From positions 34,239 to 98,238 of the forward strand of contig DATJZV010000158.1 in NCBI GenBank assembly GCA_035498715.1: a stretch of DNA of 64,000 bases. The letters run 5' to 3'. Numbering within the stretch: the first letter of the stretch is position 1; each line of letters begins with the position of its first letter. A program made the translations under genes and the position numbers. Shown piece by piece: positions 49,142 through 58,973 of the stretch. Source of the DNA: Nitrospirota bacterium (GTDB lineage Bacteria; Nitrospirota; UBA9217). The notes under the pieces were generated by a model. That model had not been told where the DNA came from. It worked only from the letters and a program-made list of their open reading frames with translations, and did not search any database.

Positions 49142-50069
49142 AGACCTTGCGGATGACGAAGCGAGGCCTTCTCCTTACTTCCTTGTAGATGCGGCCTATG
49201 TATTCGCCGATGATGCCGAGCCCCATGATGCCGATGCCGACGAGAAAGTAAAGGATAGCGAAGAGGGTGAACAAACCCTCGGCCTCGGGTCCGACAATCA
49301 GCCGCCGGATGAACAGGTAGATCACGAACAAGGTGCTCAGCACCGATACGATCATGCCGAAGAGGGTGAAGACCTGGAGAGGGACGACGGAAAAACCCGT
49401 CATGAGATCGAAGTTGAGTCGGATCAGGTCGTAGAGACGGTACTTGGATTCCCCGGCAGCGCGGGCCGCATGCTCGACCTCCACCTCCGTGGCGTTGGCG
49501 GCAAAGCTGTACGCAAGCGCCGGGATAAAGGTCGAGGTCTCTTCGCTCGCAACAATGCTTTCGATGATGTTTTTCCGGTACGCCCTAAGCATGCACCCTT
49601 GGTCGCGCATGCGGATATTCGTGATCTTGGCCCGCATGCCGTTAATGATCTTTGATGCGTACTTCCGGAAAAAGGTGTCCTGGCGGTTCTTGCGGTATCC
49701 GCCGACCACATCATGCCCGGCCTCGATAGCGGCAAGGAGCTTCGGGATTTCTTCCGGAGGGTTCTGAAGGTCTGCATCGAGCGTGACGACAACGTCTCCC
49801 CGAACACGCTCGAAGGCCGCCATGATGGCCATGTGCTGGCCGAAATTGCCGTTGAAATCGATAACGCGCACCTGGTTGGGGCGGCGCTCGTGATATCCCT
49901 TCAGCATCTCTCCCGACCGATCACGGCTGCCGTCGTTCGTGAATAGGATCTCAAAGGGTTTGCCCAGTCCGTCCAGCACCGCTGTGAGGCGGTTGAACAG
50001 TGCGTCGAGGTTCTCCTGCTCATTATAAACGGGAACCACCACGCTGACATAGGGTTTTGCCATCGTCAT
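49101..50069 (-). CDS. arnC: undecaprenyl-phosphate 4-deoxy-4-formamido-L-arabinose transferase (GT2)
   Basis: GT-A motifs (VSVVVPVYNE, DGSRD, DADLQ) and two C-terminal transmembrane helices. 322 aa. Confidence 0.85.
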   Translation of the reverse strand: MTMAKPYVSVVVPVYNEQENLDALFNRLTAVLDGLGKPFEILFTNDGSRDRSGEMLKGYHERRPNQVRVIDFNGNFGQHMAIMAAFERVRGDVVVTLDADLQNPPEEIPKLLAAIEAGHDVVGGYRKNRQDTFFRKYASKIINGMRAKITNIRMRDQGCMLRAYRKNIIESIVASEETSTFIPALAYSFAANATEVEVEHAARAAGESKYRLYDLIRLNFDLMTGFSVVPLQVFTLFGMIVSVLSTLFVIYLFIRRLIVGPEAEGLFTLFAILYFLVGIGIMGLGIIGEYIGRIYKEVRRRPRFVIRKVYERVETEKAGTGE

Positions 50070-51235
50070 TTCCTCCTGAACAGATCGTCCATGGCCGCGA
50101 TCACACGGTCCTGGTCCGCATCGGTCATTGCCGGGAAAAGCGGCAGGCTCACGATGCGGTCGGAGATGGTCTCGGCGATCGGAAAATCACCGCGTTTGAA
50201 GCCGAACTGTTCACGATAGTAGGGGTAGAGGTGCACGGCCCGGTAGTGCAGGCCCGTGCCGATGTTCCGGTCTTTCATGCCCTGCATGAACGCGTCACGG
50301 TCCATGCCTGCCGAATCAGGATTGATGAGCGGCGTATAGAGGTGCCATGCGTGGAGGTGGGAATAGAACGGCTCCTTGGGCAGTGACCATTGCGGCCAGC
50401 CGCTCAGCAATTTCCCGTAACGCACCGCCAGCTCGGTGCGGCGTTTGATGAATCCGTCTAGCTGTTTGAGCTGGTGCAGGCCGAGAGCGGCCTGGATGTC
50501 CATCATGTTGTACTTGTATCCAGGAGCTATGATCTCGTAGTGCTGGCTTCCTTTTTTCCCGAAGCGGTTCCACGCCTCGCGGTCCATGCCGTGGAAGCGA
50601 AGGAGCGCCACGGCCTCGGCCATTTTATCATCACGGGTGACTACGCACCCACCTTCTCCGGTGGTCATGTTCTTATTGGGATGAAAACTGAAGACCTGGA
50701 TATCGCCAAAGCTGCCGATGCGTTTGCCCTTATACTCCGTGCCGATGGCGTGAGCGGCGTCCTCGATCACGCGGAGATTATACTTTTTTGCGAAGTCGTA
50801 GACCGGATCAAGGTCTACAGGTAGGCCGGCAAAGTGCACCGGCATGATTGCGCGGGTGCGGTTGGTGACCGCCTTCTCGATCTTCGTAACATCCATGTTA
50901 TACGTCCCCGGCTCGACATCCACAAGCACGGGCTTTCCGCCGGTGAGTACGATGGTATTGAGCGTAGCTGCGAAGGTCATGGGCGTGGTGATCACTTCAT
51001 CGCCGGGTTTCAATTGCAATGCGGCCAGCACAAGGTGCAGTCCGGCCGTTGCTGAAGAAAGCACGAGCGCGTGCGGCGCCGAGACGTAGGACTTGAGGTC
51101 GTCCTCGAACTTCTTGACGCGCGGCCCGGTTGTGATCCACCCGGATTCGAGGCAGGCGACTACCTCATCGATCGCTTCGCGGCTGATGGATGGCCGCGAG
51201 AAAGGGAGAAATTTATCTTCTTTGTTTGCAGACAT
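50066..51235 (-). CDS. arnB: UDP-4-amino-4-deoxy-L-arabinose--oxoglutarate aminotransferase (DegT/DnrJ/EryC1 family)
   Basis: About 390 aa from MSANKED. Sugar aminotransferase motifs and PLP-lysine context (SFHPNKNMTTGEGG). Confidence 0.85.
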   Translation of the reverse strand: MSANKEDKFLPFSRPSISREAIDEVVACLESGWITTGPRVKKFEDDLKSYVSAPHALVLSSATAGLHLVLAALQLKPGDEVITTPMTFAATLNTIVLTGGKPVLVDVEPGTYNMDVTKIEKAVTNRTRAIMPVHFAGLPVDLDPVYDFAKKYNLRVIEDAAHAIGTEYKGKRIGSFGDIQVFSFHPNKNMTTGEGGCVVTRDDKMAEAVALLRFHGMDREAWNRFGKKGSQHYEIIAPGYKYNMMDIQAALGLHQLKQLDGFIKRRTELAVRYGKLLSGWPQWSLPKEPFYSHLHAWHLYTPLINPDSAGMDRDAFMQGMKDRNIGTGLHYRAVHLYPYYREQFGFKRGDFPIAETISDRIVSLPLFPAMTDADQDRVIAAMDDLFRRK

Positions 51236-51344
51236 GGCGCTCCTCAATTCAAAATGCGTGAATCGAAAAATACGAAACCGCGGTGTGCTTAGGGCGTAAA
51301 GATCAAATCCTTCGTCGCTTTTTGCGGCAACAATTGCTTTCCCC

Positions 51345-51710
51345 CTAGCTCCTGGTAACAAAAAATACTCCAATGATAATAATCACGATGCCGGTGACGC
51401 GGGTCATCGAGAGATTCTCCTGGAACAGGTAATACCCGGCCACGGCGTTGACGATGTACCCAACGCTGAGCAAGGGATAGGCAAAGCTCACCTCCACGCG
51501 CGAGAGGACGAGGAGCCACACAGCGACACTTACGATGTAGAGGAAGAGTCCCCCGAGAACGAAGATATTCCCGGCCACTTGCAACGCAATGGGAAGGAAA
51601 TTGCTCCAGGCGAACTCAAAATAACCGATGCGCCGCATCCCTTCTTTTAAGCAGAGCTGGGCCGCGGCATTGAGCAGTACTCCTAGCAGAATGATCGGAA
51701 GGTATTTCAC
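51345..51710 (-). CDS. arnE: ArnE/ArnF-type small EamA/SMR-like membrane protein (L-Ara4N-undecaprenyl phosphate flippase subunit)
   Basis: 121 aa with four transmembrane helices and an EamA-like half-domain. Located between arnB and arnT. Confidence 0.7.
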   Translation of the reverse strand: MKYLPIILLGVLLNAAAQLCLKEGMRRIGYFEFAWSNFLPIALQVAGNIFVLGGLFLYIVSVAVWLLVLSRVEVSFAYPLLSVGYIVNAVAGYYLFQENLSMTRVTGIVIIIIGVFFVTRS

Positions 51711-53386
51711 GGCGTCATCTCCTTGTTCACAGCGAGGACGGTGTCGTCAGTGCCGGCGATCAGGTATATGTTCCTGTGCCCCGCGGCGAGCAGCGCATCA
51801 TAGGTTCCGCGTTTTGCAAGCATGTATATCGTCGACGGTCCGTCCCATCGCTTCCAGAATATAGTCTCATTGACCATCCATTGGCTGGTATCCTCGACCG
51901 TGGTCCCGAACTCGAGTTCCCCTTTCCAGTTCACCACGGTGATGCGCCGTTCCAGGTATACGGGCAGGTCCTGGTAATAGGTATCGTAGCTGGCGACCTC
52001 ATCGCCGGGCTGGAGCCGCTGCTTGAGCACCAACGCCAGACTTTTGGACGAGCGCATATCCGCGAAAGAAGCGGCCGCATTCACCACAATGGAAAATAAC
52101 ACCGTTGTAGCGGTCAGTGACAAGAATGCCCATCGGAAGTTTTTCCGCCTGCTCATGAACCATGTCACCGCAGTTCCTGTGATCAGAACGGCCGCGAACA
52201 TATAGGGGGACTTACCGAGTTTCTGCACATCTGGCGATGCCTGATAGTCCGGAAGAGCGATCAGTGCGACGGTTAGCCCCAGAGTAACGATCAGCAAAGC
52301 GGCGTAACCGGCCCGGATACCGGGAAAATCACGGCGGTCCCATGCTTCAGCAAGATACCGACCGATCAACAAGGAGAGCGGTGGAAAGATCGGCAGAATG
52401 TAGGGTATCAGTTTCGAGCTGGAAGCGGAAAAAAAGAGAAATACAAACCCGGCCCAGAGCAGAAGAAAGAGCGTGTCCCGGTGCTCATGACGCTCGCGCC
52501 ATGACGGAGGAAGATTATGCTTTACGGCCTGTATGAGAAAGGCGCTCCAGGGAAAGAGACCAAGCAGCACCACGGGTATAAAGAACCATGCGGGTTTGTA
52601 CCGGCCGTGGATCTTCGTAAGGTAACGCAGAAAATGTTCATGGATGAAATAGAAGTTAAAAAACTCGGGATTGGCCCGGTCGACTAGAATATGCCAGGGC
52701 GCGGCGATGAGCAGGAACAGCAGAAGGCCGCTCGGGAGATACATGGTTTTAAGAACGCGCCATTCCCCCAACAGTATTATCCAGACGCCGATCACCATCC
52801 CGGGGATCAGGATGCCGATCAATCCTTTGGTCATGACCGCCAGAGCAGCAAACATATAAAAGCCCCACATGTAAAGCCGTCGCCGCAGCCCAGGCGGTTC
52901 ATGCGTTCCGAGCAGGAAGCAAAGAAGCGTAACACTCAACAGGACCGACATGGGCATGTCAAGGATGATGGCGCGGCTCAAAGCATAGTACAGGAGGCTG
53001 GTGGCGAGCACTGTCGCCGAGATCAACCCGGTGCGTCGTCCGAACAACCGCACGCCGGATCCGTACATGACGAGACACCCCCCCAAAGCAAAGAGGGCAG
53101 GCCACAGGCGGAGCGCAAATCCCTTCAGGCCGAAGAGCTTGATGGAAAGGCCTTCGAGCCAGTAGAACAGCACCGGTTTTTCGAAGTATTTGACACCGTT
53201 CAGCCGGGGGGTGAGATAGTCGCCCGTGGCCACCATTTCACGGGGAATCTCGACATACCGTCCTTCATCGGGCACCGACAAGGGACGGTTCCCAAGCATG
53301 AAACCAAAAAAGAGAGAGAGCAGCACGATCAAAAGAAATAGATCGCGCATCCCGTGAGTATCGGTTTGTTTGATATCCTGAGTCAT
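51707..53386 (-). CDS. arnT: undecaprenyl phosphate-alpha-L-Ara4N arabinosyltransferase (GT39/GT83, PMT-like)
   Basis: Aligns with E. coli ArnT (PDEGRYVEIPREMVATGDYLTPRLNGVKYFEKP). 559 aa polytopic membrane protein. Confidence 0.85.
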   Translation of the reverse strand: MTQDIKQTDTHGMRDLFLLIVLLSLFFGFMLGNRPLSVPDEGRYVEIPREMVATGDYLTPRLNGVKYFEKPVLFYWLEGLSIKLFGLKGFALRLWPALFALGGCLVMYGSGVRLFGRRTGLISATVLATSLLYYALSRAIILDMPMSVLLSVTLLCFLLGTHEPPGLRRRLYMWGFYMFAALAVMTKGLIGILIPGMVIGVWIILLGEWRVLKTMYLPSGLLLFLLIAAPWHILVDRANPEFFNFYFIHEHFLRYLTKIHGRYKPAWFFIPVVLLGLFPWSAFLIQAVKHNLPPSWRERHEHRDTLFLLLWAGFVFLFFSASSSKLIPYILPIFPPLSLLIGRYLAEAWDRRDFPGIRAGYAALLIVTLGLTVALIALPDYQASPDVQKLGKSPYMFAAVLITGTAVTWFMSRRKNFRWAFLSLTATTVLFSIVVNAAASFADMRSSKSLALVLKQRLQPGDEVASYDTYYQDLPVYLERRITVVNWKGELEFGTTVEDTSQWMVNETIFWKRWDGPSTIYMLAKRGTYDALLAAGHRNIYLIAGTDDTVLAVNKEMTP

Positions 53387-53642
53387 GGATTGTCGTATTG
53401 AGCCGCCGGCTATGATCGTGCCCAGGGGGAAAAATCTCTAATTTTTCGCCATGTTCTTGGTGCTGTTCGAAAAATGCAGCAAGGCTGTGCTGCCGGCAAT
53501 TGAAAGAGCGATTTTACATCGCTCACTACGATTTGTCAAATATTTTATAGGGTTCCGGAGGGAAAACCTGCTTCACTTGAATCGTCCGGATGGTCTGCGA
53601 TAAGGGAGAGGATGTCTCTTCACGGAGCAAGGGCATGACTTA

Positions 53643-54326
53643 TCAGCTTTCGGTTTTCTGGCGCATAGCCTCGCATGCCATGTGGCGGATAACCTTTCCC
53701 TTCACCATAAACACGACCATCTCTGCGATGTTAGTGGCGTGGTCACCGACGCGCTCGAGGTATTTTGTTATATACGTGAGGCGGACCGCCCGGGAGATGT
53801 TCTTGGGGTCCTTCAGCATAAAGAGGAGAAGCTCGTTGAATATCTGCTGGTTCAGGTTATCCACGAAGTCGTCAGCCTCGCATACGCTCAGGGCGAGGTC
53901 AGCGTCCTTTGCCACGAAGGCATCGAGACTGTCCTTGAGCATTTTTTGAGCTGCATCGGCCATGCGCGGGATGTCGATGTACGGCTTGAGCGGTGGCTCA
54001 TCGAGCAGCTCGATCCCTCGTTCGCATATGTCTACAGCGAGGTCTCCCATGCGCTCGAGGTCGGTGATGATCTTGATGGCGGTCGTGACGAAGCGGAGAT
54101 TGCTGCCCGTGGGCTGCCATATGGCGAGGAACCGGATGCACTCCTCCTCGATCTCAACGTCGAAATTGTTTATGATGGCATCGCCGTCGATGACCTCAAC
54201 GGCGAGGCTCCGGTCACGCTCGACCAAGGCCTTCACGGATTTCTTGATGGCATCCTCAACAAACCCTCCCATCTTGAGTATTAGCTCTTTGAGCTTTTCA
54301 AGGTCTATTTCTTTCTGCGCAGCCAT
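53643..54326 (-). CDS. phoU: phosphate signaling complex protein PhoU
   Basis: Two PhoU repeats, each with the conserved E(D)xxxD metal-binding motifs. Start set at MAAQKE. Confidence 0.9.
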   Translation of the reverse strand: MAAQKEIDLEKLKELILKMGGFVEDAIKKSVKALVERDRSLAVEVIDGDAIINNFDVEIEEECIRFLAIWQPTGSNLRFVTTAIKIITDLERMGDLAVDICERGIELLDEPPLKPYIDIPRMADAAQKMLKDSLDAFVAKDADLALSVCEADDFVDNLNQQIFNELLLFMLKDPKNISRAVRLTYITKYLERVGDHATNIAEMVVFMVKGKVIRHMACEAMRQKTES

Positions 54327-54436
54327 GATGTTCTCCTTCCTAAATGAAGCTGAGCGGTCAGAGCTCATAATATATAGTATAACTCATCGCTCCGAAAATA
54401 CATACGAAGAGCCATCAGTTATGAGCCGTTACGATT

Positions 54437-55216
54437 TTAGCCGAACCTTCCCGTAATGTAGTCATCTGTTTGCTTTTTGTCCGGATTTGTGAAGATCTTT
54501 TCGGTGGTGCCGAACTCAATGAGCTCGCCCAGGTACATGAACCCGGTCATGTCCGAGACGCGGGCGGCCTGCTGCATGTTGTGCGTGACGATGATGATTG
54601 TGACGTCCTTCTTTAAGTTGACAACCAGTTCCTCGATTTTTGCCGTCGATATTGGGTCCAAGGCCGAGGTGGGCTCGTCGAAGAGCAGGACCTCGGGTTC
54701 CACAGCCAGCGCCCGTGCGATGCAGAGGCGCTGCTGCTGCCCGCCGGATAGTTCGAAGGCACCTGAGTCCAGCTTGTCCTTCACTTCCTCCCAAAGCACT
54801 GAGTGCTTGAGCGCCCGCTCGATTCTTTCAACAAGTTCACTCTTCTTGGTAATCCCTTTTAGCCGAAGGCCGTAGGAGATGTTTTCCGCTATAGTCATCG
54901 GGAAGGGCGTGGGCTTCTGAAACACCATGCCGATGCGGCTTCTGAGGTTGATGAGGTCGAAACCTTCTGTGAGAACGTTGTTCCCCTGGAAAACGATTTC
55001 GCCGCCGTACCGGTGCCGGGGGTAAAGGTCGTGCATACGGTTGAAGCAGCGGAGCAGCGTGGTCTTTCCGCATCCGGAGGGACCGATCAGCGCAGTGACT
55101 TTGTTGCGGTAGATCGGAAGCGAAATGGCTCGGAGGGCGTGGATGTCTCCGTTGTAATAAAAATCCAGATTTCTGACTTCGATATCAACAGTGCCGCTCA
55201 ACGTTTGTACCTCCAC
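54437..55216 (-). CDS. pstB: phosphate ABC transporter ATP-binding protein
   Basis: Walker [17 protein letters not shown] signature, Walker [12 protein letters not shown]. Collinear with E. coli PstB. Confidence 0.9.
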   Translation of the reverse strand: MEVQTLSGTVDIEVRNLDFYYNGDIHALRAISLPIYRNKVTALIGPSGCGKTTLLRCFNRMHDLYPRHRYGGEIVFQGNNVLTEGFDLINLRSRIGMVFQKPTPFPMTIAENISYGLRLKGITKKSELVERIERALKHSVLWEEVKDKLDSGAFELSGGQQQRLCIARALAVEPEVLLFDEPTSALDPISTAKIEELVVNLKKDVTIIIVTHNMQQAARVSDMTGFMYLGELIEFGTTEKIFTNPDKKQTDDYITGRFG

Positions 55217-56040
55217 TTGATGATCATTCTACCCATGATGGTGAGCGCAAGGATGAATAGCGTAATCACGAAAGAAGCGCCCCATGCCTGTGTATGCCAG
55301 CTTTTATAGGGCCCCATGGCGTACTGGAAAATAGTTACTGTGAGCGATGCCATCGGGCCGTTCATGTTCGTGGAATGAAAGTTATTGTTGAACGAAGTAA
55401 AGAGCAGAGGCGCGGTCTCGCCAGCAACGCGGGCGATCGATAAGAGAACGCCTGTCAGGATGCCCGTAGCGGCGCCGCGGTATACGACCTGGATGATGAC
55501 TTTGTAATAGGGAGCTCCGAGAGCAAATGCCGCTTCCCGCAATGTCCATGGCACAAGCGACAGCATGTCTTCCGTGGTCCGGAGAACCACGGGGATCATG
55601 ATGATCGAAAGCGCAAACGCCCCAGCCCAGCCGCTGAAATGGTGGAGCGGACGCACGAGGACCGCGTAGACAAAGGCGCCCACTACAATGGAAGGGACGC
55701 TGACCATGATGTCCGAAAGAACGCTGATAACCCGGGCGATTTTTTTCCCGCGTGCGTACTCGGCGAGGAACGTCCCGCCCAGAACGCCAACGGGAACTCC
55801 TATCAACGTAGCGGCGAATGTGATCATTAGCTGTCCGACAAAGGCATTTCTGAGTCCCCCGCCCTCGACACCGGCGGGGGCGGGGTCATTGAGGAAAAGG
55901 CTCACTTTCAAGGCGCCTATTCCGTTGAGGAGGACGTCGAATAGGATGTAAATGAGCCAAAAAAGACCCACGGCCGCGGCAAGGCCACTCAATGCGAGAG
56001 CGGCAAAACTCTCCAGTTTTCTTTTCTTCTCGAGGTTCAT
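55198..56040 (-). CDS. pstA: phosphate ABC transporter permease PstA
   Basis: Six-transmembrane permease with the EAA-like loop ([13 protein letters not shown]). Follows pstC in canonical pstSCAB order. Confidence 0.85.
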   Translation of the reverse strand: MNLEKKRKLESFAALALSGLAAAVGLFWLIYILFDVLLNGIGALKVSLFLNDPAPAGVEGGGLRNAFVGQLMITFAATLIGVPVGVLGGTFLAEYARGKKIARVISVLSDIMVSVPSIVVGAFVYAVLVRPLHHFSGWAGAFALSIIMIPVVLRTTEDMLSLVPWTLREAAFALGAPYYKVIIQVVYRGAATGILTGVLLSIARVAGETAPLLFTSFNNNFHSTNMNGPMASLTVTIFQYAMGPYKSWHTQAWGASFVITLFILALTIMGRMIIKWRYKR

Positions 56041-56978
56041 CGCGAGTATTTCCTCTCGGCCTTTAGAAGAAAGAACTTCGATATGGCTAAGATGATGAAG
56101 CTCATCACGAACAGTACGAGCGCCAGATAATAGAGAGAGGAAAGATATATGTCACTATCCGCCTCTGTAAACTCATTCGCAAGGCTTACAGTGATGGTAG
56201 AGGCAGCATCAAGGAGCGATGTGGCAATCTTGTGGTTGTTGCCAAGGACAAAGGCGACGGCCATAGTCTCGCCCAGCGCTCGTCCGAGGGACAGAGCTAC
56301 CCCTCCGAACACGCCCAGTTTGGAGTAAGGGAGGACAACGTTCTTCACCACTTCCCACTGCGTCGCTCCGATGGCATAGGCCGATTCCTTGACCACGGAG
56401 GGGGTCAGATTGAACGAATCACGCGCGATGCTTGCGGTAAACGGAATTATCATGATGCCGAGAATTACGCTCGCCGTCAGGAGATCGATGCCCAGAGGAG
56501 TACCCTGAAACAGGATGCCGACGAAAGGCAGTTTCCCGATAGTATTTTGGAGAGCCGGTTCGACATATTTCGACATGATGGGCGCTAGGGTGAATAGCCC
56601 CCACATGCCGTAAATGATACTAGGTATGGCAGCCAGCAGCTCTATCGCGATCCCGATAGGGCTTTTGAGAATATTCGGCGCGATTTCGGTCACGAAGACT
56701 GCGATGCCGATGGCAGTGGGAATGGCGAAGAGCAGGGCGAGGGCGGTCGTGACGAAGGTGCCGTAAATCGTGGTTGCCGCGCCAAAGATGCCTGTTACGG
56801 GGTTCCAGGTCGTTGAGGTCAAAAAATTTACGAGACCGAACTTCCTCAACGCGAGTGAAGACTCCTTGAAAAGGACCACCAGAATGCCGATTATGAAAAT
56901 GATGACGGTAATGGATGCAACTGCGGTTAGAAGGGAAAAAAACAGATCATAAATATTTTTTTTAGAGGAGATGACCAA
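56037..56978 (-). CDS. pstC: phosphate ABC transporter permease PstC
   Basis: Collinear with E. coli PstC. Start placed at the TTG at 56978, downstream of an intergenic hairpin. The longer 57068 ORF would read through that stem-loop. Confidence 0.8.
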   Translation of the reverse strand: MVISSKKNIYDLFFSLLTAVASITVIIFIIGILVVLFKESSLALRKFGLVNFLTSTTWNPVTGIFGAATTIYGTFVTTALALLFAIPTAIGIAVFVTEIAPNILKSPIGIAIELLAAIPSIIYGMWGLFTLAPIMSKYVEPALQNTIGKLPFVGILFQGTPLGIDLLTASVILGIMIIPFTASIARDSFNLTPSVVKESAYAIGATQWEVVKNVVLPYSKLGVFGGVALSLGRALGETMAVAFVLGNNHKIATSLLDAASTITVSLANEFTEADSDIYLSSLYYLALVLFVMSFIILAISKFFLLKAERKYSR

Positions 56979-57023
56979 TGAATGGCCCTTTCTGCCCCTG
57001 CTGGGGATAATGATAAAATTAAA

Positions 57024-57058
57024 CGGGTCGGATATAGATAGTATATATACCCGACCCG
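57024..57058 (-). promoter_or_regulatory. intercistronic stem-loop between pstS and pstC (CGGGTCGG, 18 nt A/T loop, CCGACCCG)
   Basis: Perfect 8 bp GC-rich inverted repeat with an AT-only loop. Likely an mRNA processing or stability element that would give differential pstS versus pstCAB expression. Confidence 0.5.
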
Positions 57059-57096
57059 TACATTTCAACTTCTTTTTTATTGCTTATAATGCTGTT

Positions 57097-58104
57097 CTAC
57101 TGTATTTCGTTCGATTTCCAGTAGGCTCCTATTTTGTCCTTCAGCGATTTCGGGAGCGGTACATAGATGAGTTCCTTGGCTTTGTTATCCCCGTTCTTGA
57201 ACGCCCAGTCGTAGAATTTGACCACCTTCATGTTTGACTCTTTTTTCTCTTTTGCCAGGAGAATGAACGTGGCACCAGCGATGGGCCATGAATTTTTCCC
57301 CGGTGAATCATTGAGCCAAAGGTAAAAATCCTGTTTTGGGTCGAAGTTGGCTGTAGCGGCGGCGTCTTCAAAACTCTCGAAGCTCGGTTCTACGAAGTTG
57401 CCGGCATGGTTCTTGAGGACCGCATGAGCGAGTTTGTTCTGCTTCGCATAGGCGAATTCCACATAGCCGATGGAGTTTGCGGTCTGCTGAACATAGTTGG
57501 CTACGCCTTCGTTCCCTTTTCCGCCGATGCCCACTGGCCAGCTCACTGAGGTGCCGGTGCCGACCTTTTCCTTCCAGGCCGGGCACACATCGCTCAAATA
57601 ATCCGAAAAGATGGCGGTCGTCCCAGAGCCGTCAGAACGATGCACAACAGTGATATCGCTGTTCGGGAGCTTGACCTTCGGGTTCAGTCCCTTGATCTTG
57701 GGATCATTCCAGTTTTTGATTTCACCTAGGTAAATTTTGCACAAGGCTTCCGAATCGAGTCTTAATTCTCCCGCCTTTATGCCGGGGACATTGACCACCG
57801 GCACGACGCCACCGATCACGGCGGGGAACTGGATAAGATTGTCCTTGGCGAGCTCTTCCGGCTTGAGCGGCTTGTCGGACGCGCCGAAATCCACTGTTCG
57901 CTCGGTGATCTGCTTGATTCCGCCACCGGAGCCTATGGACTGGTAGTTCAATTTCACACTGGTAACCTTATTGTACTCATTTGCCCACGCTGAATAAACG
58001 GGATAGGGGAAGGTGGCCCCTGCGCCGTTCAGCATCTCATCAGCGAACGCTCCAGTTGAAACTGCCAATACTAGGGTTAATACGATTGCTGTCATTTTTT
58101 TCAT
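57097..58104 (-). CDS. pstS: phosphate ABC transporter substrate-binding protein PstS
   Basis: Signal peptide followed by the GAGATFPYPVYSAWA motif. Start at MKKMTAIV with a GAGGAGGA RBS. Confidence 0.9.
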   Translation of the reverse strand: MKKMTAIVLTLVLAVSTGAFADEMLNGAGATFPYPVYSAWANEYNKVTSVKLNYQSIGSGGGIKQITERTVDFGASDKPLKPEELAKDNLIQFPAVIGGVVPVVNVPGIKAGELRLDSEALCKIYLGEIKNWNDPKIKGLNPKVKLPNSDITVVHRSDGSGTTAIFSDYLSDVCPAWKEKVGTGTSVSWPVGIGGKGNEGVANYVQQTANSIGYVEFAYAKQNKLAHAVLKNHAGNFVEPSFESFEDAAATANFDPKQDFYLWLNDSPGKNSWPIAGATFILLAKEKKESNMKVVKFYDWAFKNGDNKAKELIYVPLPKSLKDKIGAYWKSNEIQ

Positions 58105-58156
58105 TTTGAATCTCCTCCTCAAAGATTTTTAACACTCACTATATACCAAGGAATTG

Positions 58157-58195
58157 TTACAAGAATATTACAATTATATTACAATTATATTAAGC
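58157..58195 (-). promoter_or_regulatory. Pho-box-like array: 3-4 direct repeats of TTGTAA (gene orientation) at exact 11 bp periodicity, 53-90 bp upstream of pstS
   Basis: On the plus strand, TTACAA occurs at 58157, 58168 and 58179, with a degenerate copy at 58190. In gene orientation the unit is TTGTAATATAA repeated, the direct-repeat 11 bp geometry used by PhoB/PhoP winged-helix regulators. Confidence 0.45.
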
Positions 58196-58490
58196 GGCAT
58201 ACTGTGATTTTGCTCTTTTCTGTGACTGTACAGTATGACTCAGAAAGTTACACTTTCATCGTTTTCTGCTCTATCTCCTCAAGAATTATTATGGTGTTCG
58301 TTAATAGATCAGGCCCGAGTTCAAAATCCGTTGGGACGCTGGAGTGGGGACCTGTTTCGATGTATCATTGGTCACGCTGATGGTTACTAGATGTTCACGA
58401 CCACCTTGTGCTATGTGTTCCTTGCAGTGTGATTGGCCATCGATATGCCGAAATAATCTTATCTTTTGCCGAAACCAAATAATATCCTCT

Positions 58491-58847
58491 TTATATTTCA
58501 TATGCCGGGCCGTGCTGGGTCATGAGCTGTTTCCACCGACAGGATCTCTTTAAGATAGCCATTTCTGTCGGCCACGATGATGTCATCATGGACAACGGAT
58601 GATTTGCTGTCGAATGCTTTATTGGTGGCAAGATCGATCCCCTAATGCTCGTTAATGATCGGTGATTCCGTATCTGTTGCGTGTTAAGGGGATTCTTTCT
58701 ATAGGCCTCGAATATGGACCGCTGAAACAGTTTGAGCAGGATTTTCACTCTTGTGACGAGCGCTGCAGGTACTTTTTCATCAACGATAGTAAGAGCACCA
58801 AGGTTGACTGTGTTGAAGAAGATGTCTGAGACCTGCCAGATGATCAT
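58491..58847 (-). pseudogene. frameshifted gene remnant between pstS promoter region and the hybrid kinase gene
   Basis: The 118-codon ORF has a protein-like N-terminal half. A second frame over 58500-58640 continues with protein-like sequence (IDLATNKAFDSKSSVVHDDIIVADRNGYLKEILSVE, reminiscent of a CBS-domain segment). An in-frame stop and further short ORFs follow. Lower GC than the flanks. Confidence 0.3.
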
Positions 58848-58973
58848 GATAGGGGGAGCGCTTAGGTTTCAAGTAGTAAGCATCCCCACCGGCCGAGATT
58901 CGCTCTGAAGATTATTCTCCATGATTTTTCGATAGTCAGACCAATGGCATTCATTTTCTTTACCTCTTGCCAT

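Noticed and set aside
56979-57068. Longer TTG-initiated version of pstC (343 aa) given in the ORF track
   Set aside because: The extra N-terminal codons read straight through a perfect 8 bp GC stem-loop with an AT-only loop, and they have no counterpart in PstC alignments. The start was moved to the TTG at 56978.
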